From Hypanus sabinus (Eukaryota), in the NCBI RefSeq assembly GCF_030144855.1, contig NC_082720.1, forward strand, positions 57,598,001 to 57,662,000: a stretch of 64,000 nucleotides of DNA, in the 5' to 3' direction. This document shows, piece by piece, positions 36,466 to 51,077 of the stretch; the first letter of the stretch is position 1, and each line of letters starts with the position of its first letter. The notes below the pieces were generated by a model. It was not told the origin of the DNA, searched no databases, and saw nothing but the letters and a program-made list of their open reading frames with translations. The translations under genes and the position numbers were made by a program.

Positions 36466-38907
36466 ATGGGACTTTATAAATTCTGTTTGCTAATGAAATG
36501 GAAACTTTTATGCTTCATAATTCCTTCCTGGCAAATAATTTCTGCACGAATACATTATGCGATTCCTGAAGAATTGAATGCCGGTGCCTTTGTTGGGAAC
36601 ATCGCAGAGGACCTGAATTTAAATGTAAAGCAACTCTCGGTTCGCAGCTTTCAAATTATGCCTGGACCTGGCAAACAGTATATAGATGTAAATTTAGACA
36701 ATGGGGTTTTACTTGTGAAAGAAAAAATAGACAGAGAACAGTTGTGCGAGCAGAGCCTCGCTTGCACGTTATCTTTACAAGCGGTGATTGAAAATCCTTT
36801 AAATGTCTATCATTTTCAAGTGGACATTCTGGACGTAAATGATAATGCCCCGAAATTCCCAGAGAGCGAATTCCGTTTGGAAATTTTAGAGGTTGCTGCT
36901 CCAGGAACTCGATTCGCTCTGGAATGCGCACAGGACACGGACATTGGAACCAACTCAGTGCAAAGCTACCAGCTGATAGAGAACGGCTATTTTTCCCTCG
37001 ATGTCGAGACGCTGGGTGGCGACGGAAAGGTACCGGTTTTAATCTTGGAGAGATCGCTGGACAGAGAAAAGGAAAGTGCTCACAAGTTGGTGTTGATAGC
37101 TAACGATGGAGGGATTCCTCGGAAATCCGGCTCTGCTGAGATACTGATCGTTGTCGAGGATGCCAATGATAACGCGCCCGTTTTCTCCCAGTCCGTCTAC
37201 AGGGTCAGTTTGTGGGAGAATGCACCGAAAGGAACATTAGTCATAAAGCTGGATGCTTCAGATCCGGACGCTGATCTCAATGGCAAGGTAGTGTATTCGT
37301 TTGGCAGTCATACCTCGAGCAGAGTTCGTGAAATATTTCAGCTAGATTCCAAAACTGGCGAAATCAGAATTAAGAATAATTTGGACTACGAGAAAAATAG
37401 TGTTTTTGAGATTAATGTTCAAGCAAAAGATCAGGGTCCTCACGCAACTCCTGTATACTGTCACGTGGTGGTCAAAATTGTTGATGTGAACGACAACGCT
37501 CCTGTGATTACACTGACATCTTTATTCAGTCCAATCGGCGAAGATTCCCCACCGGGGACTGTGGTGGCTCTGATTAGTACAACGGACAAGGACTCGGCTA
37601 AAAACGGGGACCTGGATTGCGAAATCACAAAGGAACTTCCCTTTAAACTAGAGTCCTCCTCACGAAACTATTACAGTCTGATTGCCCAGGAGAGACTGGA
37701 TCGTGAACAAGTATCAGCCTACAATGTAACTGTCGTGTGCACCGACGCTGGGGTTCCTCCTCTCACATCCAACAAAACGATCCTGGTGGAGGTCTCGGAT
37801 ATAAATGACAACCCACCCCAGTTTACACAGCCTGTATATACAGCTTATGTGATGGAGAATAACGCCATAGGTGCATCCATTTTCACTGTAACTGCTTTCG
37901 ATCAAGATTTAAATAGGAACGCCGATGTGTCATACTTTATTTTGGAGAGTCAGATTCAGGGCATGTCAGTGTCTGCATATGTCTCGATTAACTCCCTCAG
38001 CGGTGTCATATTTTCGCAGAGAAGTTTCGACTTCGAGAATCTCAAACACTTTCAGATCCTGGTTCAGACGCGGGATTCTGGTTCCCCACCACTTTCTGGA
38101 AATGCCTCAGTGGATATAATTATCTTGGATCAGAATGACAATGCCCCAGTAATCGTGCAACCTTTACCCGAATTTGGCTCCACTGTGTCAGAGACCATAT
38201 CCAGGCTCGCAGAACCAGGTTACTTAGTTACGAAGGTTTCTGCTACCGACGGTGACTCTGGCCAGAATGCTCGCCTTACCTACCAGATTCTCCAAGCTAC
38301 TGAGGTCGGTCTCTTCACCATTTCACCGGACACGGGAGAAATCTGGACAATACGCAGTATTAGTAAGAATGACGCCGCCAAACAAAGGCTGGTCATCTGT
38401 GTTAAGGACGATGGATCACCGCCACTGACGGCCACAGTGACAATCATTCTGTCTTTAGTTGGAAATGATGGGCAACTGTTGTCGGAGCTGAACGGTTTGT
38501 CTGCGGATCCAGGGTTTGCTTCTGATACCAGCTTTTACCTCGTAATAGCCTTAGGGGTCACCTCTTCCGTGTTTCTGGTGATTTTGATTATTCTCGCCGT
38601 TATGGTTCATAGATCCTCTTCTCTTGGCGCATGTGGTTGTTTTACTGTAAGAAACTCGTTACATGGATTTCAAAGAGGCAAAAGAACCCTCCAGATACCA
38701 CCAAACTACGTTGAAGTGTTTGGGGGTGATCCACTTTCTCAGAGTTTCCGCTACAATTCATGCTCAAGTTCACATTCTGTGAAGAGGGATTTCAGGTTGT
38801 CCAGCAGCAGATCTACGCGTAAGGATTTTACTCCGGGTGGCATTCTGGGAAATGGCGATACTTTTCAAACTTCCAAGTCTGCGCAATACAGGAATACTTT
38901 AAATGAG
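36466..38907 (+). CDS. Clustered protocadherin variable exon 7
   Basis: Within ORF 36181..38976; ATG 36466 chosen by paralog alignment (alternative in-frame ATG at 36457); donor GAG|GTGAGG at 38907/38908, phase 0. Confidence 0.93.
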
Positions 38908-40065
38908 GTGAGGTTGCATTTCGTTAGCGAGAAGAACACCTCATTGGTCTCGATTGGAAGTACTAATGATTACTAAATATATTTAGTAATCTGAATTTGC
39001 GATTGTTATTTCTGGAACAGCTGCCCTGCAAATGACTCATTTGCCTTTTTGTAAGTTTATAGTGTTTTAACATTTCTTTGCATATGGGAGTTAGAAAACG
39101 TTTACCATTGAAGATATACGAACAAAGCACAAAAATAGTCCGGGATTTATTGTCAGCGAGATTTTCTTGGATCACAGGACCAGGGGAAATTAAAGGAAAT
39201 GCATGTCACATGTTTTGGGTGTTGGGTTAATATTTCTACGGAGACATTGTGAAATGGCATGGTTTATTCAACTAACTCAAATCAACAGTCAATTGGTTTA
39301 TATATTGCCATAGCGTTATAATATATAAAAACATGACATTTTAATAAAATATAATGGGGATTGTGTATAAGCAAAATATGTGCTAGTGATCTATTCTGAA
39401 AGTATTGTTAAATGCTTCCAAAGCTACGTAATGTAATCCTTTTTTAATGCGTTGGAAAGTAGTAATTCTTAGAAAGTCCACCAAAAAGTAGCAGCAGAAA
39501 GTAAATGTTGAACCTAATGCAGAAAATTTACCTTGAAGTGCCTGGACTACAGCAACAGAAGATCACAGACATGAACCTACTGGCCATTTTATTAGATACA
39601 GGAGGAATCTAATAAAGTGGCCGTTAATAACATAAGCGCATCCAATTACATTTAAAATTCGTCCTTTAAAGGCCGTATGCGAGGTACCATCGCAATTGTA
39701 AGCGATTGTTCGCCCGACCCTCACTAACTATTGAACATTATGCTCCTCTCGCCTCCTCCAGAAAATATTCAAATTGTCAAATCATTGTTTTCCCTTTTCA
39801 CCTCAGTCATTTGATATTTACGCAGTGCTGTAATGCCAAAAGTACTATGAGATGATGTTCAAGTTGTTTAAGAAAGTTAAATGTTAAATACGGAACGATA
39901 AGTAAGGATGGTTTTGGCGAATAAAACTGATTAAGCATTCAGTGAAATATAATTCTTGATCAAGACTGAATTACAAATAATCTACGTGCAAAATGTACTT
40001 TAGAATTTAATATTGGTGTAAAATAATCTAAAATAGTGGAATTAAATATTTGTTAGATTTATTAT

Positions 40066-40230
40066 TGTGCACCTTTAAATATACCACATTGCACTAGCTT
40101 TAAGAAATGCTAGTGTGACGATTGGCTGAACTTCTGTCCGCCTCGTTAGCCAATGAGCGGATCTAATGTGACTGGAGATCCTTGTCGCCCTACCCTCCCC
40201 TTCCGCCATTATGTACGAGTAGATACCGTG
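40066..40230 (+). promoter_or_regulatory. Conserved promoter cassette of gene 8
   Basis: TGTGCA 40066, GCTTTAAG 40097, ATTGG 40121, CCAAT 40150, CTGGAGATCC 40172. Confidence 0.85.
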
Positions 40231-40463
40231 TATCATGGACTGAGCTCTCCCTACATTAGGTTCTTTACAATCATCTGTAGGCGAAATTAGAAGAAAGAAG
40301 AAGATTTGTGGGAAATCGTAACGCAGAATTTTATAAGCAGTACGTATAGTTTTATACAATTCCGCTGTATTTTTCAAAATGGAAACATGATTTAACCTTT
40401 TTAGCAGGAATTATTCAACGGCGCTGTGTTGTTCTCAATCCCTGGAAATGCTTTGTGTTGCAA

Positions 40464-42905
40464 ATGGAATATTATAAGTTATATTTGCTAATGAAATGGA
40501 AATTTTTATTTTTCATTATCCCTTCCTGGCAAGTAATTTCTGGACAGATACGTTATTCGATTCCTGAAGAATTGAATGCCGGTGCCTTTGTAGGGAACAT
40601 TGCAGAGGACCTGAATTTGAATATAAAGGAACTTTCGGCTCGCGGCTTTCAAATTATGCCTGGACCTAGCAAGCGGTATTTTGATGTAAATGTGGACAAT
40701 GGGGTTTTATTTGTGAGGGAAAAAATCGACAGGGAACAGTTGTGTGAACGGAACCTCGCTTGCACGTTATCGGTGGAAGCAGTGATACAGAATCCTGTAA
40801 GTGTGTATCATTTTCAAGTGGACGTTTTGGACGTAAATGACAATGCCCCGAGATTTCCAGACAGCCGCTTTAGTATGGAGATATCAGAGGTCGCTGCTCC
40901 TGGAACCCACTTCGCTCTGGAGTGCGCCCAGGACCCGGACGTTGGATCCAACTCTGTACAAAGCTATCAGTTAGTAGAAAATCTTTATTTCACACTCGAT
41001 GTTCAGAAGCGCGTTGGCGGCGAAAAACTACCGGTTTTAGTGTTGGAAAGACAGCTGGACAGAGAAAAGGAAAGTACCCACAGGTTGGTGTTGATAGCTA
41101 AGGATGGAGGGGTTCCTGAGAGATCTGGCACTGCTGAGATATTGATCGTTGTTGAGGATGCCAATGACAACGCTCCTATTTTCCCGCAACCTGCCTACAG
41201 GATCAGTTTACGAGAGAATACACCCAAAGGAACATTAGTGATTAAATTACATGCCACCGATTTGGATGCTGGAGTCAATGGGCAGGTATTGTACTCGTTT
41301 AGTAGTCATACTTCAAATAGAGTTCGTGAAATGTTTGGGCTGGATTCCAAATCTGGCGAAATCAGAATTAAGAATAATTTGGACTACGAGGAAAATAGAG
41401 TATTTGAGATAAATGTCCAAGCAAAAGATCAGGGTCCTTACGCAACTCCTGTATATTGTCACGTGGTGGTTAACATTGTTGATATGAATGACAACGCTCC
41501 TGTGATTACATTGACATCTTCCTTCAGTCCAATCCGCGAAGATTCACTCCAGGGAACTGTAGTGGCTCTCATCAGTTCAACGGACAAGGATTCAGTTGAG
41601 AACGGGGACCTGGACTGCGAAATCACAAAGGAACTTCCGTTTAAACTACAGTTATCCTCACGTAACTATTACAGTCTGGTTACCCAGGAGAGACTGGATC
41701 GTGAACATGTATCAGCCTACAATGTAACTGTCGTGTGCACCGACGCTGGGGTTCCTCCTCTCACATCCAACAGAACGATCTTGGTGGAGGTCTCGGATAT
41801 AAATGATAACTCACCCCAGTTTACACAGCCTGTATATACAGCTTATGTGATGGAGAATAACGCCATAGGTACATCCATTTTCACTGTAACTGCTTTCGAT
41901 CAAGATTTAAATAGGAACGCCGATGTGTCATACTTTATTTTGGAGAGTCAGATTCAGGGCATGTCAGTGTCTGCATATGTCTCGATTAACTCCCTCAGCG
42001 GTGTCATGTTTTCGCAGAGAAGTTTCGACTTCGAGAATCTCAAACACTTTCAGATCCTGGTTCAGGCGCGGGATTCTGGTTCCCCACCACTTTCTGGAAA
42101 TGCCTCAGTGGATGTAATTATCTTGGATCAGAATGACAATGCCCCAGTAATCGTGCAACCTTTACCCGAATTTGGCTCCACTGTGTCAGAGACCATATCC
42201 AGGCTCGCAGAACCAGGTTACCTGGTTACGAAGGTTTCTGCTACCGACAGTGACACTGGCCAGAATGCTCGCCTTACCTACCAGATTCTCCGAGCTACTG
42301 AGGTCGGTCTCTTCACCATTTCACCGGACACGGGGGAAATCTGGACAATACGCAGTATTAGTAAGAATGACGCCGCCAAACAAAGGCTGGTCATCTGTGT
42401 TAAGGACGATGGATCACCGCCACTGACGGCCACAGTGACTATCATTTTGTCTTTAGTTGGAAGTGATGCACAACTGTTGTCGGATCTGAACGGTTTGTCT
42501 GAGGATCCAGGGTTTGCTTCTGATACCAGCTTTTACCTCGTAATTGCTTTAGGGGTCACCTCCTCTGTGTTCCTGGTGATTTTGATTATTCTCGCCGTTA
42601 AGGTTCATAGATCCTCTTCTCTTGGCGCATGTGGTTGTTTTACAGTAAGAAATTCACTACATGGATTCCAAAGAGGTAATAGAACCCTCCAGATACCACC
42701 AAACTACGTTGAGGTATTTGGGGGTGATCCACTGTCTCAGAGTTTCCGCTACGATTCATGCTCAAGTTCACATTCTGTGAAGAGGGATTTCAGGTTTTCC
42801 AGCAGCGGAGCTATGCGTAAGGATTTTACTCCTGGTGGCATTCTGGGAAATGGCGATACTTTACAAACCTCCAAGTCTGCGCAGTACAGGAATACTTTAA
42901 ATGAG
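40464..42905 (+). CDS. Clustered protocadherin variable exon 8
   Basis: ORF 40455..42974; ATG 40464; donor GAG|GTGAGG at 42905/42906, phase 0. Confidence 0.95.
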
Positions 42906-44085
42906 GTGAGGTTGCATTTCGTTAGCGAGAAGAACACCTCATCGGTCTCGATTGGAAGTACAAATTTTTACTGAATACATTTAGTTCATGTCATCTGAAT
43001 TTGGCGTCGTTATTTCAGGAACAGCTGCTCTGCAAATGATTCATTTGCCTTTTTTGCGCTTACAGTGCTTTAACATTTCGTTTCATATAGGAGTTAGAAA
43101 ATGTTACCATTGAGGATATACTGATAAAGCACAAAAATAGTCCTGGATATATTGTCAGCGAAATTTTCGTGGATCAGAGGTCCTGGGGAAGTTAACCGAA
43201 ATTAATATTATTGCTCCACCCATGATACTGATGTCACAAATTTTGGTTTTAGGTTAATATTTCTAGGGAGACATTTTGAAATGTCATGTTTTATTCAACT
43301 ATGGCTTACATATTGCAGTATCGTCATAATATATAATAATATGACGTTTTAATATAATATAATGGGAATTGTGTGGAAGCAAAATAAGTGTTAGTGATCT
43401 ATTCTGAAAGGGTGTACATCAATTGATAGATGCTTCTAAAACTACATAACATATTTTTTTAATGGGTTAGAAAGTAGTAGTTCTTAGAAAGTCCACCAAA
43501 AAGTAGCAGCGGAAAGAAAATGTTCAACCTAATGCAGAAAATTAACCTTGAAGTGGCTGGGCCACTGCAGCAGAAGATCACGAACATGCACCTGGTGGCC
43601 CCTTTTTTAGGTACAGGAGGAATCTAATAAAGTGGGTATTGAGAAAACAAGCGCATCAAATTCCCTTTAAAATTCGTCCTTTAAGAGTGCAAAGGCCGTG
43701 TGCGAGGTACCATCGCAATTGTAAATATTTGTTTCCCCTAGCCTCACTACCTTTTGAACATTATTCACCTCTCACCCTGATCAAGAAAATATTGAAATTG
43801 TCAAATCATTGTTTTCTCTTTACATCTCAACCATTTGATACGCAGTGTTCAAATGCCAAAAGTGCTATGACATTATGTTCAAATTATTTAAGAAAGTTAA
43901 ACGTTAAATAAAGAACGATAAACAGGATTGGTTCTGCCAAATGGAACTGATTAAGCATTCAGTGAAATATAATTCTTGATCAAGACCTAATTACAAATTC
44001 TCTACTTGCAAATTTTACTGTAGAATTTAATATTGGTATAAAACAATCTAAAATAGTGAAATTAAATATATGTTTAATTTATTAT

Positions 44086-44250
44086 TGCACACCTTTAAAT
44101 ATACACAATTGAACCAGCTTTAAGAAATGCTAGTGTGACGATTGGCTGAACTTCTGTCAGCCTCGTTAGCCAATGAGCGGATCCAATGTGACTGGAGATC
44201 CCTGTCGCCCTACCCTCCCCTTCCGCCATTATGTACGAGTAGAAACCTCG
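44086..44250 (+). promoter_or_regulatory. Conserved promoter cassette of gene 9
   Basis: GCTTTAAG 44117, ATTGG 44141, CCAAT 44170, CTGGAGATCC 44192. Confidence 0.85.
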
Positions 44251-44487
44251 TATCATGGATAGAGCCGCGTCTCCTTACATTCGGTTCTTTACAATCATCT
44301 ATTGGCGAAATTAGAAGAAAGAGGATGGTTTGTGGGCAATCCTATCTCAAAATTTTATAAGCAGTACGTATGGTTTTATGCAGTTCAGCTGTATTTGTCA
44401 AAATGGAAAAATGATTTAATCTTTTTAGCAGGAATTATTCAAAGGCACTGTGTTGTTCTCAATCCCTGGAAATGCTTTGTGTTGCAA

Positions 44488-46932
44488 ATGGAATTTTATA
44501 AATTATATTTGCTAATGAAATGGAAACTTTTATATTTCATTATCCCTTCCTGGCAAGCAATTTCTGGACAGATACGGTATTCGATTCCTGAAGAATTGAA
44601 TGCCGGTGCCTTTGTAGGGAACATTGCAGAGGACCTGAAATTGAATATAAAGGAACTTTCGGCTCGCGGCTTTCAAATTATGCCTGGACCTAGCAAGCGG
44701 TATTTTGATGTAAATGTGGACAATGGGGTTTTATTTGTGAGGGAAAAAATCGACAGGGAACAGTTGTGTGAACGGAACCTCGCTTGCACGTTATCGGTGG
44801 AAGCAGTGATACAGAATCCTGTAAGTGTGTATCATTTTCAAGTGGACGTTTTGGATGTAAATGACAATGCCCCGAGATTTCCAGACAGCCGCTTTAGTAT
44901 GGAGATATCAGAGGTCGCTGCTCCTGGAACCCACTTCGCTCTGGAGTGCGCCCAGGACCCGGACGTTGGATCCAACTCTGTACAAAGCTACCAGTTAGTA
45001 GAAAATCTTTATTTCACCCTCGATGTTCAGAATCGCGTTGGCGGCGAAAAACTACCGGTTTTAGTGTTGGGAAGACAGCTGGACAGAGAAAAGGAAAGTA
45101 CCCACAGGGTGGAGTTGGTAGCTAAGGATGGAGGGGTTCCTGAGAGATCTGGCACTGCTGAGATATTGATCGTTGTTGAGGATGCCAATGACAACGCGCC
45201 TGTTTTCCCGCAACCTGCCTACAGGATCAGTTTGCGAGAGAATTCACCCAAAGGAAAATTAGTGATTAAATTACATGCCACCGATTTGGATGCTGGAGTC
45301 AATGGGCAGGTATTGTACTCGTTTAGTAGTCATACTTCAAATAGAGTTCGTGAAATGTTTGGGCTGGATTCCAAATCTGGCGAAATCAGAATTAAGAATA
45401 ATTTGGACTACGAGGAAAATAGCGTTTTTGAGATAAATGTCCAAGCAAAAGATCAGGGTCCAAACGCAACTCCTGTATATTGTCACGTGGTGGTTAATAT
45501 TGTTGATATGAATGACAACGCTCCTGTGATTACATTGACATCTTCCTTCAGTCCAATCCGCGAAGATTCACTCCCGGGAACTGTAGTGGCTCTCATCAGT
45601 TCAACAGACAAGGATTCAGCTGAGAACGGGGACCTGGATTGCGAAATCACAAAGGAACTTCCGTTTAAACTAGAGTCATCCTCGCGAAACTATTACAGTC
45701 TGGTTACCCAGGAGAGACTGGATCGTGAACATCTATCAGCCTACAATGTGACTGTCCTGTGTACCGACGCTGGGGTTCCTCCTCTCACATCAAACAAAAC
45801 GATCCTGGTGGAGGTCTCGGATATAAATGATAACTCACCCCAGTTTATACAGCCTGTATATACAGCTTATGTGATGGAGAATAACGCCATAGGTACATCC
45901 ATTTTCACTGTAACTGCTTTCGATCAAGATTTAAATAGGAACGCCGATGTGTCATACTTTATTTCGGAGAGTCAGATTCAGGGCATGTCAGTGTCTGCAT
46001 ATGTCTCTATTAACTCCCTCAGCGGTGTCATATTTTCGCAGAGAAGTTTCGACTTCGAGAATCTCAAACACTTTAAGATCTTGGTTCAGGCGCGGGATTC
46101 TGGTTCCCCACCACTTTCTGGAAATGCCTCAGTGGATGTAATTATCTTGGATCAGAATGACAATGCCCCAGTAATCGTGCAACCTTTACCCGAAATCGGC
46201 TCCACTGTGTCAGAGACCATATCCAGGCTCGCAGAACCAGGTTACCTAGTTACGAAGGTTTCTGCTACCGACGGTGACTCTGGCCAGAATGCTCGCCTTA
46301 CCTACCAGATTCTCCGAGCTACTGAGGTCGGTCTCTTCACCATTTCACCGGACACGGGAGAAATCTGGACAATACGCAGTATTAGTAAGAATGACGCCGC
46401 CAAACAAAGGCTGGTCATCTGTGTTAAGGACGATGGATCACCGCCACTGACGGCCACAGTGACAATCATTCTGTCTTTAGTTGGAAATGATGAACAATTG
46501 CTGTCGAAGCTGAATAGTTTGTCTGAGGATCCAGAGATTGCTTTTGATACCAGCTTTTACCTCGTAATAGTTTTAGGGGTCACCTCCTCCGTGCTCCTGA
46601 TGATTTTGATTATTCTCGCCGTAAAGGTTCATAGATCCTCTTCTCTTGGCGCATGTGGTTGTTTTGCAGTAAGAAACTCGTTACATGGATTTCAAAGAGG
46701 CAAAAGAACCCTCCAGATACCACCAAACTACGTTGAAGTGTTTGGGGGTGATCCACTTTCTCAGAGTTTCCGCTACGATTCATGCTCAAGTTCACATTCT
46801 GTGAAGAGGGATTTCAGGTTGTCCAGCAGCAGATCTACGCGTAAGGATTTTACTCCGAGTGGCATTCTGGGAAATGGCGATACTTTACAATCCGCCAACA
46901 CTGCGCAGTGCAAGAATACTGTAAATAATGAG
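44488..46932 (+). CDS. Clustered protocadherin variable exon 9
   Basis: Within ORF 44302..47001; ATG 44488; donor GAG|GTGAGG at 46932/46933, phase 0. Confidence 0.95.
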
Positions 46933-48216
46933 GTGAGGCTCTTATTCGCTGGCGTGAAGAATACCTCATGGGTCTCAATTGGATGTACAAATCTTTACTG
47001 AAAATAGATCATGGAGACTGGATTTAGGAAATATCTATGAATCAATCAGATTACAGGGTTTTCTGAATTTCCAGTCGCTATTTCTGGATCAGCACTTCCG
47101 CTAATCAATCATTTGCCTTTTGGTGCGATAAGAGTGTTTTAGCATTTTATTGCAGATGGGTATTAGAAAATTTTACCTTTGAAGATGTACTGATGAAGCA
47201 CAACAGTGGTCCTGGATTTTTTACCAGCTATATTTTCGTGTTGGAAAGCAGGAAGACCAGGAACTTCGCTAGCGCCGGGGAAACTTAAACGAAATTAGTA
47301 TTATTGATCCACCCAATACACAGGCGTCGTGAGTTTTGGTATTGGATTGATATGTCTAATGAGAAATTGTGAAATATTTTGTTTTACTCAAATAACTCAA
47401 ATCAACAGTCAATGGTTTATATAATGTCATAATGTATGTATATGACATTATAATGTTATATATTAGGGATTAGATATTTAAAATAAGCAAAATAAGTGCC
47501 CGTGATCTGTTTCAAAAGTATGAAATCATGGACATCAATTGTTAGGTGCTTCCAAATTTGCGTAAAATAGTCTCTTTCAATGGGTTGACGAGTACCAGTT
47601 CTTAGAAAATCTACCAAAATTTAGCAGTGCCAAGAACATTTCCTAGCCATTACAGAAAGTTAACCATGAAGTGGACGTGCTACAGCAGTAGAAGGCCACG
47701 AACATACACTCAGTGGGCACTTTACTATGTACAGGATGAGCCTAGCAAAGTAGCCACTGAGTGTATAAGCACATCAAATGCCCTTTAAAATTCGTCCTTT
47801 CAAAGGCCGTAGTGCAGGGCACCATCGCGGATGTAAGTGTTACTGTCCACTTGATTCGCTACATTTTGAACATTATTCATCATTCCTGCCCCCCCCCACC
47901 CACTTTCAATCAAGAGGGTATTGAAATTGTCAAATCATTGTTTTTTTCTTTTCACCTCAACAATTTTATATTCACGTGCTGCTGTAATGCCCAACGTACT
48001 ATGAGGTCGTATTCAAGTTATTTCAGAATGTTAAATGTTAAATATGGAATGATAAGTACGACTCTCTTTGGCGAACTGAACTGTTTAAGATTCAGTAAAA
48101 TATAACTTGATTTCGACTGAATTACTGATTAACTAAGTGTAAAATGCACTAAAAACTTTAATATTGCTGTAAAAGAATCTAGAATAGTGAAATTAACTAA
48201 GTGTTAGATTTTATAT

Positions 48217-48382
48217 TGTACAACTTAAAATTTAGACAATTGCGCCAGCTTTAAGAAATGCCTCGTGTGGTGATTGGCTGAACTTATGTCAGTCTCTTTA
48301 GCCAATGAGAGGCTGTAATGTGACTGGAGATCCTTGATGTCCTACCCTCCCCTTCCGCCATTGTGTACGAGTAGAAACCGTG
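48217..48382 (+). promoter_or_regulatory. Conserved promoter cassette of gene 10
   Basis: TGTACA 48217, GCTTTAAG 48248, ATTGG 48273, CCAAT 48302, CTGGAGATCC 48324. Confidence 0.85.
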
Positions 48383-48635
48383 TATCATGGATAGATCTGC
48401 TTGTCCTTACTAGAGCTGCTTGTCCTTACATTCGGATCTTTATAATAATCTATTGGCGAAATTAGAAGAAATAAGAAGGTTTGTCGAAAATCCTAAAGCG
48501 GGCGTTTTAAGCAGTACAAAAGATTTTGTACAATTCAGCTGTATTGTTAAAATTAACCATGATTTATTCATTGTAGCCGGAATTATTCAACGGCGCTGCG
48601 TTGTTTTCAGTCGTTTGAAATGCTTTGTGCTGGAA

Positions 48636-51077
48636 ATGGAATTTTATAAATTATATTGGCTAATGAAATGGAAACTTTTATATTGTTTTATCCCTTCCTG
48701 GCAAGTAATTTCTGGACAGATACGTTATTCGATTCCTGAAGAATTGAATGTCGGCGCCTTTGTTGGGAATATCGCAGAGGACCTAAATTTGGATATAAAG
48801 GAACTTCCATCTCGCGGATTTCAAATTGTGCCAGGACCAAGTAAGCAGTATATAGATGTAAATTTAAACAGTGGGGTTTTAGTTGTGAAGGAAACAATGG
48901 ACAGAGAACTGTTGTGCGAGCAGAGCCTCGCCTGCACGTTATCTCTGGAAGCGGTGATTCAAAATCCTCTAAATATGTATCATTTTCAAGTGGACGTTAT
49001 GGACGTAAATGATAATGCCCCGAGTTTTCCTGAGAGTCGTTTTAAGTTGGAAATATCGGAGGTGGCTGCCCCAGAAACGCGGTTCGCTCTGAAGTGCGCA
49101 CAGGACCCGGACGTTGGATCGAACTCGGTACAAAGCTACCAGTTATTGGAGAACGGCTATTTCTCTCTCGATGTCGAGACGCGGGGTGGCAGCGAAAAAT
49201 TACCGGTCTTAGTCTTGGAAAGACAGCTGGACAGAGAAAAGGAAAGTACCCACAGGTTGGTGTTGATAGCTGCGGATGGAGGGGTTCCTGAGAGATCTGG
49301 CACTGCTGAGATATTGATCGTTGTTGAGGATGCCAATGACAACGCGCCTGTTTTCCCCAAGCCTCTATACAGAGTTAGTTTGCCAGAGAATGCACCCAAA
49401 GGAACATTAGTGATTAAATTAGATGCCACCGATTTGGATGCTGGAGTCAATGGGCAGATATTGTATTCGTTTAGCAGTCATACTTCAAATAGAGTTCGTG
49501 AAATGTTTGGGCTGGATTCCAAATCTGGCGAAATCAGAATTAAGAATAATTTGGACTACGAGGAAAATAGAGTATTTGAGATAAATGTCCAAGCAAAAGA
49601 TCAGGGTCCAAACGCAACTCCTGTATATTGTCACGTGGTGGTTAACATTGTTGATGAGAACGACAACGCTCCTATGATTACACTGACATCTTTATTCAGT
49701 CCTATCGGCGAAGATTCCCCACCGGGGACTGTGGTGGCTCTGATTAGTTCAACAGACAAGGATTCAGCTAAAAACGGGGATTTGGACTGCGAAATCCCAA
49801 AGGACCTTCCATTTAAACTAGTTTCCTCTTTACAAAAATATTATAAACTGGTTATCTGGGAGAGACTGGATCGTGAACATGTATCAGCCTACAATGTAAC
49901 TGTTGTGTGCACCGACGCTGGGGTTCCTCCTCTCACATCAAACAAAACGATCCTGGTGGAGGTCTCGGATATAAATGACAACCCACCCCAGTTTACACAG
50001 CCTGTATATACAGCTTATGTGATGGAGAATAACGCCATAGGTGCATCCATTTTCACTGTAACTGCTTTCGATCAAGATTTAAATAGGAACGCCGATGTGT
50101 CATACTTTATTTTGGAGAGTCAGATTCAGGGCATGTCAGTGTCTGCATATGTCTCGATTAACTCGCTGAGCGGTGTTATATTTTCGCAGAGAAGTTTCGA
50201 CTTCGAGAATCTCAAAAACTTTCAGATCCTGGTTCAGGCGCGGGATTCTGGTTCCCCACCACTTTCTGGAAATGCCTCAGTGGATGTAATTATCTTGGAT
50301 CAGAATGACAATGCCCCAGTAATCGTGCAACCTTTACCCGAATTTGGCTCCACTGTGTCAGAGACCATATCCAGGCTCGCAGAACCAGGTTACCTAGTTA
50401 CGAAGGTTTCTGCTACCGACGGTGACTCTGGCCAGAATGCTCGCCTTACCTACCAGATTCTCCAAGCTACTGAGGTCGGTCTCTTCACCATTTCACCGGA
50501 CACGGGAGAAATCTGGACAATACGCAGTATTAGTAAGAATGACGCTGTCAATCAAAGGCTGGTCATCTGCGTTAAGGACAATGGATCACCACCACTGACG
50601 GCCACAGTGACTATCATTCTGTCTTTAGTTGGAAATGATGGGCAACTGTTGTCGGAGCTGAACGGTTTGTCTGAGGATCCAGGGTTTGCTTCTGATACCA
50701 GCTTTTACCTCGTAATTGCTTTAGGGGTCACCTCCTCCGTGTTCCTGGTGATTTTGATTATTCTCGCCATAAAGGTTCATAGATCCTCTTCTCTTGGCGC
50801 ATGTGGTTGTTTTACAGTAAGAAACTCGTTACATGGATTTCAAAGAGGCAAAAGAACCCTCCAGATACCACCAAACTACGTTGAGGTATTTGGGGGTGAT
50901 CCACTTTCTCAGAGTTTCCGCTACGATTCATGCTCAAGTTCACATTCTGTGAAGAGGGATTTCAGGTTTTCCAGCAGCGGAGCTATGCGTAAGGATTTTA
51001 CTCCTGGTGGCATTCTGGGAAATGGCGATACTTTACAAACCTCCAAGTCTGCGCAGTACAGGAATACTTTAAATGAG
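48636..51077 (+). CDS. Clustered protocadherin variable exon 10
   Basis: Within ORF 48420..51146; ATG 48636; donor GAG|GTGAGG at 51077/51078, phase 0. Confidence 0.95.
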
